This document shows, one piece after another, positions 46,131 through 56,679 of a stretch of 64,000 nucleotides of DNA. Position 1 is the stretch's first letter; each line of letters opens with the position of its first letter. Under the pieces are notes generated by a model. It saw nothing but the letters and a program-made list of their open reading frames with translations, ran no database searches and was not told the origin of the DNA. Position numbers and translations under genes: made by a program. The DNA is from an uncultured Verrucomicrobiae bacterium (GTDB taxonomy: Bacteria; Verrucomicrobiota; Verrucomicrobiia; Limisphaerales; Palsa-1400): contig OY969763.1 of NCBI GenBank assembly GCA_963702845.1, forward strand, positions 5,632,001-5,696,000, given 5' to 3'.

Positions 46131-49127
46131 TTATGATACAGGCGTCTTTTGGCCCACCAACGGTAGTATAAACGAGATGCGTGAGCCTTTTCCCGGCTCA
46201 GTAACGATTTCGGCGCGGCCCTGAATGGTTTCCATTCGCGCCAACATATTTCCCAGGCCGTTACCGCGTTCGGCTTCTTCGGTGAAACCGCATCCGTTAT
46301 CATCGACGGTGACGTTCAGTCGGTTCTCTCGCCACGCTATGCGCAACCAGACTTCGGCGGCGCCGGAATGTTTTACCGCATTGTTCAGGGCTTCCTTGAC
46401 GCTGAGGAAAAGATTGTGCCGCTGTTGCGCCGTTACCGGTATCGATGGCAAATTTTCCATCATGTCAATGCGGCAGCTCACGTTAGCAGCGCGCAGGAAT
46501 TCGTGAGCATGATCGGCAAGGTAACTGGCTAAATCAGGCAAAGAATCGTTCTTCGGGTTAACCGTCCACACAATTTCATCCATCGCCGTGGCGACCTGCC
46601 GCGCTTTTTCGGTGATGCCATCGAGTTGCGAGCGGATTTCAGTCGGCGGCACGTCCCCACCCGCCAATTCGCTCAACAGCATGATTTCAGTAATACCTGA
46701 GCCGAGATCATCGTGAAGATCTTGCGCGATGCGGCGACGCTCTTTCTCCATTGCTTGCTGCATTTCCAGGCGTTCCAGTTTTCGCCGCAATTTCGCGCGT
46801 CCGACAAAATGCGCTCCTGTTCCAACCATGCTGAGGACGAGCAGTCCGACCGTCGTCTGGAACCAGAGGGTTTCATAGTAATGGAGTTTGACGATCAGTG
46901 TCACGGGATTGGCTGTTTCGGTCCAATCATTGGCGCTGCCCGAGCAGATGACGTGGAAACGATAGGTCCCCGGCAGAAGGGCGCCGTAGGTCGCTTTGCG
47001 TTGGGCCCCGGCGTCGACGAACCGATCGTCCTGGCCCTCCAGTTGGTATCTGAACTTGAGTCGTCCCGGTGAATCGGCATCAGCGATCGTATATTGAAAT
47101 TCGACACGCTTCATCCCTGTGTAGATTTCCAGCGGCTTCGTCAAAGAGAATGATTGCTCCGCCTCGTCAACTTTCACTGCTTCAATCAGCACGGGCAACA
47201 AGGGACGATTTCGCAGCAATTCTTTTGGATTGAATGACAGAATGCCGTGTCCCACCGGAAACCAAAGGCGTCCATCCGGTGACTGCGCCGCGGATGGTTG
47301 GCCGCTGCCGACACTCCAATTCTCCACCTCGGACGCCGCGACTTGGATTAAGGGTAATGGTGTGCCACCGCGCCTGTTTGCAATTAAAGCATTTTTCGCG
47401 ACGCCAAACACACCGTCATTGGAACTGAGCCACAGGATTCCATTGGAGTCCTCGATAATCGAATGCACCCAGTCACTTGGGAACCCGTCCGTGCGCGACC
47501 AATAGCGCATGTTACCGCCTTTCATACGGTAAAGGCCTCGGGCCAGGGACCCAATCCAAAGCGCGCCGTCATCATCGCGATAAAGAGTCTCCACAGCCGG
47601 CCGTTGAAACTTCGCCGAGTGCTCGACCTTATCTTTGTGGATCCGGAAAAGACCACCGCTGCGCGTGCCGACCCACAATTCGTTGCGACCCGCGGCGATG
47701 GCGCGCACTTCTTTATCGTGTCCAGGATTTCCTAAAGTGTACGTTTTGATTTCATTACCACGCTTGCGTATCACCGCGCCGATGGTGCCGAACCACAAAG
47801 CGCCCTCCCGGTCCTGGAATAGCGCGGGCACAGGTTGGCCATGGATGACGGATTCCAGTTCTGGCTTCAGCCGATCATTTTCCAGCCTGAACAATCCCGA
47901 CAATGTGCCAAACCAAATTTGATTATCGCGGTCCTCGAAGATTGCCATCACGGTTGCGTTGGAACTACGCGAGGAAATATCGAACCGTGAAAAAACTTCT
48001 TCTTTGAATCGGTAGATACCATTTCCGTCGGTGCCGACCCACACCGTGCCGTCGTGCGCCACGCAGACGGTTTGCGGTACGTTTTCCTGCGTGACGGTTG
48101 GAAGAGATAAAAGGTTAAATAGCCGCGGTTTGATCTGGTGCAAATTGCCCGCGACAGTTCCCGCCCAAACCAAGCCTTCATTATCTTCATAAAAGCAGGA
48201 AACACCGCCGAGTGAACGCGACCTTTTTGGGGTAATCTCCCGCCAACCGGTTCCGGGAATAAGGCAATGAATTGCGCCATTGCGCGTGCCGGCCCACAAC
48301 CTGCCGGCGTGATCTTCGATCATGGCGCCGATGGAGGTTTGCGGACAAGCACCCGATGCATCAACCCATTCAAGGCGAAATTGATTGTTGGTTTCTAGCA
48401 GGCGTCCAACCGTTGTTCCAGCGGTCACCCAAAAACCGCCAAAGCGGCTGGCACAGTGAATGTCAGGTTTAATTTGCTTGTTGATGTCATCACCTAGCTC
48501 GATGACTTGATCTTGCTTAATGATGTAAGCATCCGAAGATCCCGCGACGAGCAGAGTTCCGTGCGGATCGCAAATCAGCCTTCGACGTCCTTTTCCTGCC
48601 GGCACATGCACTGTCGTGATTTTGCCATTCGCCATTCGGGTGATCTCATTGGTGCCGAACAGAGCCCAGATGGTCCCGCTTGAATCGCTGACCAACGATT
48701 TGACAACAGACTCCGGCGCGTTCTCCACCGGTTGAATTTCTGTCAGCCTTGCTTCGGTGCAACGAAATAAGCCTTTGGCAGTGCCGAGCCATAAATTTCC
48801 GTTGGTTTCGGCGAGCAACGTGGTGACTTTGTTGCTCTGGAGCGCAGGAATCGAATCCGCGTTCAGCAGGTTGAAACGCACGCCATCGAATCGCACCAGA
48901 CCTTTTTCAGTCGTCAGCCATAGATAGCCGTTCGCACTTCGCTGCACGTGGCTGATGACTGCGGCGGGAAGGTCATTGCGCCGGTCCCAACTTTTTAATT
49001 CGAACTGCGGCTCAACCGGATTGGCGACCACATCCGTCGGTATGGAAAATGCGACGAAAAGTGCCAATTGCAGCACCGAAAGGACTCTCAGGACAGCAAC
49101 GCGCATTTGTCGAATTATAAATATCAA
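46131..49127 (-). CDS. sensor histidine kinase with periplasmic two-component-regulator beta-propellers, Y_Y_Y domain and HisKA_3/HATPase
   Basis: Repeated DxxGxLWxGT propeller blades; FRYQLEG...YGALLPGTYRF; TM helix; ERRRIAQDLHDDLG; EALNNAVKH, DDNGCGF, GNGL. Confidence 0.94.
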   Translation of the reverse strand: MIFIIRQMRVAVLRVLSVLQLALFVAFSIPTDVVANPVEPQFELKSWDRRNDLPAAVISHVQRSANGYLWLTTEKGLVRFDGVRFNLLNADSIPALQSNKVTTLLAETNGNLWLGTAKGLFRCTEARLTEIQPVENAPESVVKSLVSDSSGTIWALFGTNEITRMANGKITTVHVPAGKGRRRLICDPHGTLLVAGSSDAYIIKQDQVIELGDDINKQIKPDIHCASRFGGFWVTAGTTVGRLLETNNQFRLEWVDASGACPQTSIGAMIEDHAGRLWAGTRNGAIHCLIPGTGWREITPKRSRSLGGVSCFYEDNEGLVWAGTVAGNLHQIKPRLFNLLSLPTVTQENVPQTVCVAHDGTVWVGTDGNGIYRFKEEVFSRFDISSRSSNATVMAIFEDRDNQIWFGTLSGLFRLENDRLKPELESVIHGQPVPALFQDREGALWFGTIGAVIRKRGNEIKTYTLGNPGHDKEVRAIAAGRNELWVGTRSGGLFRIHKDKVEHSAKFQRPAVETLYRDDDGALWIGSLARGLYRMKGGNMRYWSRTDGFPSDWVHSIIEDSNGILWLSSNDGVFGVAKNALIANRRGGTPLPLIQVAASEVENWSVGSGQPSAAQSPDGRLWFPVGHGILSFNPKELLRNRPLLPVLIEAVKVDEAEQSFSLTKPLEIYTGMKRVEFQYTIADADSPGRLKFRYQLEGQDDRFVDAGAQRKATYGALLPGTYRFHVICSGSANDWTETANPVTLIVKLHYYETLWFQTTVGLLVLSMVGTGAHFVGRAKLRRKLERLEMQQAMEKERRRIAQDLHDDLGSGITEIMLLSELAGGDVPPTEIRSQLDGITEKARQVATAMDEIVWTVNPKNDSLPDLASYLADHAHEFLRAANVSCRIDMMENLPSIPVTAQQRHNLFLSVKEALNNAVKHSGAAEVWLRIAWRENRLNVTVDDNGCGFTEEAERGNGLGNMLARMETIQGRAEIVTEPGKGSRISFILPLVGQKTPVS

Positions 49128-49245
49128 TAGCTCGGCTTACAAGCTTCGCAGCGTCATGGTCGGTCACTCAAATGAGCGATGGACGCTGCTCGCGGCACTG
49201 TGACACGCTGGTACGTCCAGTTACCACACCGCCAAGCCAACAAAC

Positions 49246-52200
49246 ATGAGAACCCCTGCCTTCGTTGTGTTGACCGGATTGGTTTTTGGGCTTGTGTGCG
49301 GCTATCCACTCGCTCGAGCCGGTGCGGCAGGAGTTGGCGTTGAAGTGGAGTTTGCGGACAGCGCCACCGGTTACTCGCTGCAACCAGATGAAATTGTGGC
49401 TCATCCGCATCGCAACGGGGCAATTGAGCAACGATTTGGCCGGGCTCACACTGGTGCTGATGGTCGTGCAAAGATGCAATTGGAACGCGGTCGGCACACG
49501 GTCAGCGCCAGTATACCTTCCTATCATCCGCTCAGCGGCGAAGTGCAGGTCCGGGAGAATTTTCCCTACAAAGTTCGTTTCCTGCTGGATCCGATCGAGA
49601 AACCGCGTGAGCTGCAGGCTGACAATATCGCGGCCCGTCACCGCGACGATGCGACGCTCTTCCAGGGATTTGTCGTGTCAGATGAGACCGGGCGGCCGTT
49701 GCGTGGAGTTCGGATCAAATCGACGCCGAGTGGTGTGAGTGCTGTCACCGACGAGCGCGGTTTCTACGAGATATACGTGCCGTTGCAGGCACCAGCCAGC
49801 TTGGTTGTGGACAAAGGAGGTTACAAGGTTGAAGAGCGGCAGTACCTGGAACTCTCGCCGCGCGGGGATTGGACCTACAACTTCCGGTTGGAGCGAGGCA
49901 ATGGGAAGCAAACACTCGATGAACGCAGCCGGTTGCGCCAAGCCATCGAGCAAGACCCCACAGAGGAAGTGATTGCGCCCAAGGCGACATTTACTCAAAC
50001 GATGACACGGCTAGTCACTCCCAAATCCACGCTTCCCGCCAATGCGACCATTCGAGTTCCTCGGAACATTCGGGTGGAAGACGGGACCAATCTTTATTAC
50101 GTGACGATGAATTTCTATGAGAAGCACGTGTTGCCGCATGAATGGATTGCCTCATGGAACACCAACAGCTTGAATGCGGGCGCGGTGCCCGTGCGATGTT
50201 ACGCCATTGCGCGTATCAATGCCCGCGCGCCGGACAGCGATTTTGATATTTGCGGTGATAGCAATTGTCAGAACTTCAAGGCCAACGTTTCCTCCAGTTC
50301 GACTGATGGAGCGGTGGACTATACCGCTGGCTATGTAGTTATTAACGGTAGCGGTGATATTCCTAGCACCGAGTACTCGGCGGAGAACAACAGCCTTGGA
50401 AAACCGTGCGGAGACGGTTTTGCTGCGCCAAGCAGCGGGTGTCTTTACGATCCGATTTGTGCGGGACACGATCGGTCGGGCCACGGTAGGGGCATGTGTC
50501 AGCGCGGGACGCAGCGGTGGGGTTCGGGGGGCAACGGGTATCCGGTACGCGATTGGCTTTGGATGGTTGAACATTACTATCCCACCCTCACGCTCGTCAA
50601 AGGAGCCGAACTGGTCATCGGTGATGACGTGAAATCTACTTCCAGCGATTGCAGCGTGCGCGCTTGTGCGGGCGGGGGAATCGATAACGGAACTTTATGC
50701 GCGTTGATCACAAGCAAAGCCTCTGGCCAAACCGGCGTGATTATCGGCGGACCCATACTCGTGACCAACGACAGCAAAGGCTTCACGTGGTATCAAGTGC
50801 GTTGGAACGACGCTAGTTCGACGACGGGTTGGTCCTGCGAAAGCTATCTGGATCGAGTGGTATCGGCACCCACAGCGCCGACCGGTTTGACGGCGACGGC
50901 CAGTGGGTCGAGCCAAATAAACCTGAGTTGGACGGACAGCAGCAGCATCGAAGCAGGATTCTACGTCGAGAGAGCGCCCGCCTCGAGTGGGCCTTGGTTA
51001 CAACTCGCAACGCTTGTGGCGAACGCGGTGAGTTACTCGGACAAAAACCTTTATGCCAGCAGCACCTGGTTTTACAGGGTTCGCAGCTACAACTCGGCGG
51101 GGAACAGCAGCTATAGTAGTGTGGCGAGCGCGACTACTCCCAACAACGTCGCGCCAACCCTGGCTGCAATTCAAAATCGCGTCGTCGCTCCGGGAATACT
51201 GATCACGTTCACGAACACCGCGACCGCGCCCGACACCGTAAAATCGATCACGGATTTTGAAGCGTTTCAGAGCGAAACCGGAAACGGTGCGGTGTTGTTC
51301 GATACGCCAAACACGTCCAGCAGCACGAGCAACTTTCTGAACAATGCGCCGGAAATGGACATTGCCGTAATTACCGACACGCATCCCACCGGAGGACAAT
51401 CTTCGGGCAATGTGCTGATGCTGATTTGTCAGTTTACCAATGCGAACAATCCCTGGCTGAGACTAACGACGGCTGGCACGAGCTACTTTCCCGATGCGGT
51501 GATCGATATTACACGCAAGCTGCGCTTTGATATGTATGCGGACCAGTCGGTGCAGGTGGCGGTAGGATGTCGCGAGACTACGACGGCGGTTGGAACGGCA
51601 ATCGGAATGGATGGCGGGACTAGCGGCGCGATCGAATGGGCCGGAGTGACCAATGTGGCTGGAACCGCCCCGATGCCGACACGAACGATTACGCCGAACA
51701 CGTGGACAACGGTGACATTTGATTTTGCCAACGAACCGATCCGCAGTTTTTCTGGTGGCAACGGCGTGTTATCGACGACATCCGGTTTGGGTGTTCTCGA
51801 ACATCTCGCCATTGTTCCGCAGAATGGTACGAACACGTACACCTTTTACGTCGACAACTTCGCGGTGTTGTATCCTCGAACATTTACCTACAGCTTGGGT
51901 GCAGGTGCGCCGTCTGGAGCCACGCTTGATGCAAACACGGGTATTTTCTCCTGGACCCCCTCTCAAGCGCAATCGCCCAGCACGAACAACATTGCGGTAA
52001 TCGTCACCGACAACAGTTCCCCACCTTTGCGCACGACTAATACCTTCACGGTGACAGTCTCGCAGTCTTCGCCGACCGTTATAGTTACCCAACCACAGAA
52101 CGCCACTGCGAATGTCGGCTCCGACGCGGTGTTTAGCGTTGAAGCGAGTGGAACATCGCTGAAATATCAATGGCTGTTCAACGCGACGACTGTCCTGGCG

Positions 52201-55200
52201 GGCACAACAAATTCGACGCTGACCGTGACCAACTGCCAACTCACGAACGCCGGCAGTTACTCGGTGATCGTCAGCAACGCTACCGACAGCATTACCAGCT
52301 CCGATGCTACACTCGTGGTTTTCGCTCCGATTACGCTTTCAACTCCACCGTCCAACTGCACGAACAACATTGGAGACAATGCGCATTTTGCTGTCACCGC
52401 AATTGGAACGAACCTGACTTATCAATGGCAATTTCAGGCGAATGATATCGCTGGCGCAACGAGCAGCGCCATCGACATTCCGGTCAATGGCATAACCAAC
52501 GAAGGAGTCTACACAGTTGTCATCAGCAGCCCGGTCGCAACCAAGGTCACAGCGAGCGCTGCTCTATCTATTCCGTTTTTTGATTTGACGAAGATTGCTC
52601 AATGGGATTTCAACAGCGTTCCTGCGGATAACAATACTAACACGGGTGTAACCGCGCCGTCACTCGGGAGTGGAACTGTTGCGACAGTTGACGGCGCCAC
52701 GGCGTTGTTCGGCGACAGCGTTACCTCCGACATTGCGTCTCTGGGATTGGATAATACGTCATGGCTGATTACAAATTACCCGCCGTCCAGCACGGGAAAC
52801 AAAATCCGTGGCATTCAAGTGAACGTCAGTACGCTTGGCTACAACGAAATCGCCGTGACCTGGGAACAGCGAAACAATGCACGAGCCTCGAAATACGCGC
52901 GCTTTCAATACACTACCAACGGAACGGATTGGATCGACCGCGACGTGATCAACCACACCAGTTACGCTAACTTCCAGTTCAAGTTCGCTGATCTTTGGGA
53001 CATCGATGGCGTCAGCAACAATCCGAATTTCGCGTTTCGCATCCTTACCGAATGGGAGAACACAGCCACGGGCTCCGGCGCGGCTGCCTACGTTCCATCC
53101 AACCCGAGTAGCACCTATAATACTGACGCAGTAATACGCTTCGACATGATTACGATTCTTGGCTCAATCGCCGAGCCGGTCATCGTCAGTCAGCCGCAAA
53201 GCGTCACGCGACAAGTCGGACAAACCGCAGTTTTTAACGTTGCCGCTACGGGCATCAATCTTTCGTATCGTTGGCAAAAAGATGGCGTGGACTTGCAAAA
53301 TGACACTCGAATCACCGGCGCTGATACCGCCAGTTTGTCTGTCGCAAACATTGGCGATAATGATGCCGGATCGTTCACCGCGATCGTCAGCGCCGCAAAC
53401 GGGCTGTTCTCGATTCAAAGCGATCCCGCGACACTGTTTGTCTTCACACCCGTTTCGATCACGCAGCAACCACAAGGCGGCGCATTCAACGCTGGCTCGC
53501 CGATTGCACTGAGCGTTTCCGCGAACGGGACCACTCCAATCACTTATCAATGGAAGAAAAATGGCGCCATTATTTCGGGCGCGACTCAAAGTTCATTCGC
53601 AATCAACAGTTTTGAGTCTGCTAACGCAGGAACATACACCGTCATCGTTGACAATGGCGGCACTCCAATCGAAAGCGATCAAGCTATCCTGTCGATCAAT
53701 GTTGCACCCTTAATATCGGTAGAGCCTCATTCGATAACCATCGTTGCGGACAACATCGCGTCATTCAGCGTGACCGCCTCCGGCACCGCGCCGCTTGCTT
53801 ATCAATGGCGCAAAAACGCCGCGCCCATTTCCGGCGCGACCCAGAGCAGCTATACGATTGCGAGTGCGAAAACTTTGGATGCCGGCACCTATACCGTCGT
53901 CATTACGAACGTCGCCGGCTCGGTTACTAGTTCAACTGCCATGCTCGCCGTTACGATCGTGAAACCAGTAATAGTTTCGCAACCTCTTAGCGGAACGAAT
54001 GTGGTCGGTAGCACTGTCACTTTTAATGTTGGCGCGACGGGCGGCGCCCTCAGCTACCAGTGGCGAAAAAACGGAGCGAAACTGTTGAATGTCGGCCGCG
54101 TGTCCGGCGCGACAACAGCCTCATTGACGATTACTGGTGTGTATACAACTGACAATGGCAACTACAGCGTTGCCGTTTCCAACTCCGCAGGCGCCGTCGT
54201 CAGTTCCACCGCTGTGTTCAAGGCTTTCTTTGCACCCGATATTGCGACACAGCCAGCCAGCCGGACCAGTGCCGCAGGCACGACCGCGATCTTCCGCGTT
54301 GCCGCAGTCGGAACTGCGCCCCTGAAATATCAATGGCGCAAAGGAACGAACAATCTGGTCAACGGCATGGGCGTTTCCGGCGCGACCGGCGCGGCGTTGA
54401 CTTTGACTGGCGTTTCGACCGGAACTGTCGGCTCTTACAATGTCGTGGTCATCAACGCCGTCGGGTCCGCGACCAGCGACGCGGCCACCCTGGATGTAGA
54501 TACGAAACCTCTCATCGTCGGGCAGCCCGCCAGCCGCACGGACAACGAAGGGACCACCGTCAGCTTCCATGTCACCGCTACTGGCGGACACTTGCTCTAC
54601 CAATGGCTGCGTGGAACAAATCTCGTCGATGACGGAAATATCTCCGGTTCCTTGACTGATACGTTGACAGTGTCGAACATCACCACGAAAGACGCAGCAT
54701 CGAACTATAGCGTCAAAACTAAAAACGTTGCTGGTTCGGCTGTCAGCAGTTACGCCGCTCTCGCAGTTGTGGTGCCGGTGCGCATTGTCAGCGGTGCCAC
54801 CAATCAATTGGTTCTGTATAATTCCAAAGCAATTTTTGCGGTCGCAACGAGCGGCACCGCGCCGCTGGTGTATCAATGGTACAAAAACGGCACCAACAAA
54901 CTCGTGAATTTTCCCGGCCACATTTCTGGCGCGACTTCCAGCGTGTTAACGATTTCCTCGTGCGTCGAAACCGACGTCGCGAGCTACTCTGTTTTTGTCA
55001 CTAACGTCATTGGCACCGCGAACAGTTCGAATGCGGTGTTGATGATTGTGCCGAAGATTTCGATCTCTTCACCCTCCGCGAACGCGGCATTCAGTGTCCC
55101 GACGGTCAGCGTTACAGGCACCGCCTCCGATTTCAGCGGCAGCTCTATCGCGCAGGTTCAATGGCAACTGAACGGCTCACCTTTTTCGCTCGCCATCGGC

Positions 55201-56541
55201 ACGAGCAGTTGGTCCGCGACCATTTCGCTGCGTGCCGGCACGAATATTTTTGTGGTAAAAAGCATAAACGCAGCCGGCATCGAGTCCGCCGCTGTTTCGC
55301 GCATCTTCTTGTTCAACGTCAGCAGCCCGCTGATACTGACGAAGACCGGCACGGGCACATTCAGCGGTGTGGCAAATGGCCAGATGTTGTTTGTCGGCCG
55401 AAATTACAAAGTCACTGCCTTGCCGGGGAACGGCCAGGTCTTTTCCAATTGGACTGGCACAATCAGTTCCTGCACGAATCCGCTGACATTCATGATGCAG
55501 AGCAACATGACGCTCGTCGCGAACTTTGTTGCCAATCCATTTATTCCGCGTGCTGGCGTTTACAATGGCCTTTTTTACGAGACGAACACGCACAGTCATT
55601 ATAGTTCTGGTTTCTTCAGTTTTACGCTCGGCGCCTCGGGCGCATACAGCGGACGCTATTACGTTGCGGGTCTGAGTTACGCGATAACTGGCAAATTCAA
55701 CATTGAGGGCGAGTCGCTCGTCGTATTTCCGAACGCGCCGAAAGTTACCTTTGATCTAAAACTCGACCTAACATCAGCGGGTGACACCGTATCAGGAACG
55801 GTAACCGGCACAGATTGGGCCGCCACCCTCGCTGGCGGACGCGCAAGGTTCCTATATTCGCCGCCCGCGCCGCAATCCGGCAGCAATTACACATTGGCGT
55901 TTCCTGGCAGTAGTGATGGCCTTTTAAGTCCGGGTGGTGACGGCTTTGGAAATCTTGCCGTCACAACGGCTGGTCAGGTTCTGTTCAGTGGAAGAATGTC
56001 GGACGACTCCGCTCTGGTTCCACCGCTGACCTACATTACCGCGAATGGCGATTGGCCGTTCTACGTGGCGCTTTACGGCGGCAGGGGGGCGGTGATGGGA
56101 TGGCTTACGAACGTTACAGGCCAGCCTCGGAGTTATCAGGGCAATGTCAGCTGGATTAAGACGCGTTCGTACGGAACTAATTACCTCGCCGGTTTCACCA
56201 ATCAGTCCGTTGCGATCAGTTCTGTGCTGCCTTCGCTGTCCACTGGCATACCTGCATTCAATTCGCCGAATGCGATGATCATCTTCCACGACGGTATTCT
56301 GGCCGCGCCGATCACCAACTATTTTTCTCTTAATAACAACGTCGTCAGCCTTTTCGACGGCCAAACCAACGGCCTCGCTCTTTCGCTTAGCAAATCGACC
56401 GGCCAGTGGAGCGGCAGCTTCAATTATCCATCGACTGGCTTGAAGATGAATGTCAGGGGCATCCTCCTGAAGGACCAAAACCAGGCGCGCGGCTACTTCC
56501 TCGGCTCGCGAACGGGATATTTGTTTATCGAACCCTATTGA
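49246..56541 (+). CDS. giant secreted SpoIID/LytB-domain protein with FN3, cadherin-like, CBM-like, multiple Ig and C-terminal beta domains
   Basis: Signal peptide; YEKHVLPHEWIASW..SLNAGAVPVRCYA, ICGDSNCQ, GHGRGMCQRG...HYYP (SpoIID); FN3 (APTGLTAT...LSWTD...YRVRSYN); about 10 Ig units; GVYNGLFYE C-terminal domain. Confidence 0.9.
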   Translation: MRTPAFVVLTGLVFGLVCGYPLARAGAAGVGVEVEFADSATGYSLQPDEIVAHPHRNGAIEQRFGRAHTGADGRAKMQLERGRHTVSASIPSYHPLSGEVQVRENFPYKVRFLLDPIEKPRELQADNIAARHRDDATLFQGFVVSDETGRPLRGVRIKSTPSGVSAVTDERGFYEIYVPLQAPASLVVDKGGYKVEERQYLELSPRGDWTYNFRLERGNGKQTLDERSRLRQAIEQDPTEEVIAPKATFTQTMTRLVTPKSTLPANATIRVPRNIRVEDGTNLYYVTMNFYEKHVLPHEWIASWNTNSLNAGAVPVRCYAIARINARAPDSDFDICGDSNCQNFKANVSSSSTDGAVDYTAGYVVINGSGDIPSTEYSAENNSLGKPCGDGFAAPSSGCLYDPICAGHDRSGHGRGMCQRGTQRWGSGGNGYPVRDWLWMVEHYYPTLTLVKGAELVIGDDVKSTSSDCSVRACAGGGIDNGTLCALITSKASGQTGVIIGGPILVTNDSKGFTWYQVRWNDASSTTGWSCESYLDRVVSAPTAPTGLTATASGSSQINLSWTDSSSIEAGFYVERAPASSGPWLQLATLVANAVSYSDKNLYASSTWFYRVRSYNSAGNSSYSSVASATTPNNVAPTLAAIQNRVVAPGILITFTNTATAPDTVKSITDFEAFQSETGNGAVLFDTPNTSSSTSNFLNNAPEMDIAVITDTHPTGGQSSGNVLMLICQFTNANNPWLRLTTAGTSYFPDAVIDITRKLRFDMYADQSVQVAVGCRETTTAVGTAIGMDGGTSGAIEWAGVTNVAGTAPMPTRTITPNTWTTVTFDFANEPIRSFSGGNGVLSTTSGLGVLEHLAIVPQNGTNTYTFYVDNFAVLYPRTFTYSLGAGAPSGATLDANTGIFSWTPSQAQSPSTNNIAVIVTDNSSPPLRTTNTFTVTVSQSSPTVIVTQPQNATANVGSDAVFSVEASGTSLKYQWLFNATTVLAGTTNSTLTVTNCQLTNAGSYSVIVSNATDSITSSDATLVVFAPITLSTPPSNCTNNIGDNAHFAVTAIGTNLTYQWQFQANDIAGATSSAIDIPVNGITNEGVYTVVISSPVATKVTASAALSIPFFDLTKIAQWDFNSVPADNNTNTGVTAPSLGSGTVATVDGATALFGDSVTSDIASLGLDNTSWLITNYPPSSTGNKIRGIQVNVSTLGYNEIAVTWEQRNNARASKYARFQYTTNGTDWIDRDVINHTSYANFQFKFADLWDIDGVSNNPNFAFRILTEWENTATGSGAAAYVPSNPSSTYNTDAVIRFDMITILGSIAEPVIVSQPQSVTRQVGQTAVFNVAATGINLSYRWQKDGVDLQNDTRITGADTASLSVANIGDNDAGSFTAIVSAANGLFSIQSDPATLFVFTPVSITQQPQGGAFNAGSPIALSVSANGTTPITYQWKKNGAIISGATQSSFAINSFESANAGTYTVIVDNGGTPIESDQAILSINVAPLISVEPHSITIVADNIASFSVTASGTAPLAYQWRKNAAPISGATQSSYTIASAKTLDAGTYTVVITNVAGSVTSSTAMLAVTIVKPVIVSQPLSGTNVVGSTVTFNVGATGGALSYQWRKNGAKLLNVGRVSGATTASLTITGVYTTDNGNYSVAVSNSAGAVVSSTAVFKAFFAPDIATQPASRTSAAGTTAIFRVAAVGTAPLKYQWRKGTNNLVNGMGVSGATGAALTLTGVSTGTVGSYNVVVINAVGSATSDAATLDVDTKPLIVGQPASRTDNEGTTVSFHVTATGGHLLYQWLRGTNLVDDGNISGSLTDTLTVSNITTKDAASNYSVKTKNVAGSAVSSYAALAVVVPVRIVSGATNQLVLYNSKAIFAVATSGTAPLVYQWYKNGTNKLVNFPGHISGATSSVLTISSCVETDVASYSVFVTNVIGTANSSNAVLMIVPKISISSPSANAAFSVPTVSVTGTASDFSGSSIAQVQWQLNGSPFSLAIGTSSWSATISLRAGTNIFVVKSINAAGIESAAVSRIFLFNVSSPLILTKTGTGTFSGVANGQMLFVGRNYKVTALPGNGQVFSNWTGTISSCTNPLTFMMQSNMTLVANFVANPFIPRAGVYNGLFYETNTHSHYSSGFFSFTLGASGAYSGRYYVAGLSYAITGKFNIEGESLVVFPNAPKVTFDLKLDLTSAGDTVSGTVTGTDWAATLAGGRARFLYSPPAPQSGSNYTLAFPGSSDGLLSPGGDGFGNLAVTTAGQVLFSGRMSDDSALVPPLTYITANGDWPFYVALYGGRGAVMGWLTNVTGQPRSYQGNVSWIKTRSYGTNYLAGFTNQSVAISSVLPSLSTGIPAFNSPNAMIIFHDGILAAPITNYFSLNNNVVSLFDGQTNGLALSLSKSTGQWSGSFNYPSTGLKMNVRGILLKDQNQARGYFLGSRTGYLFIEPY

Positions 56542-56679
56542 TTTGTGTCATCCTCACTCATCTGAGCGATGGACACATTTGGCAGCGATTGAGACAATGT
56601 GCTGTCCCGATGACCTGTTTAGAAAATTCCCAAAGTCGAACGTCGACCTCGCCAAAGGGTTCATGCCTTGCCCAATGAT

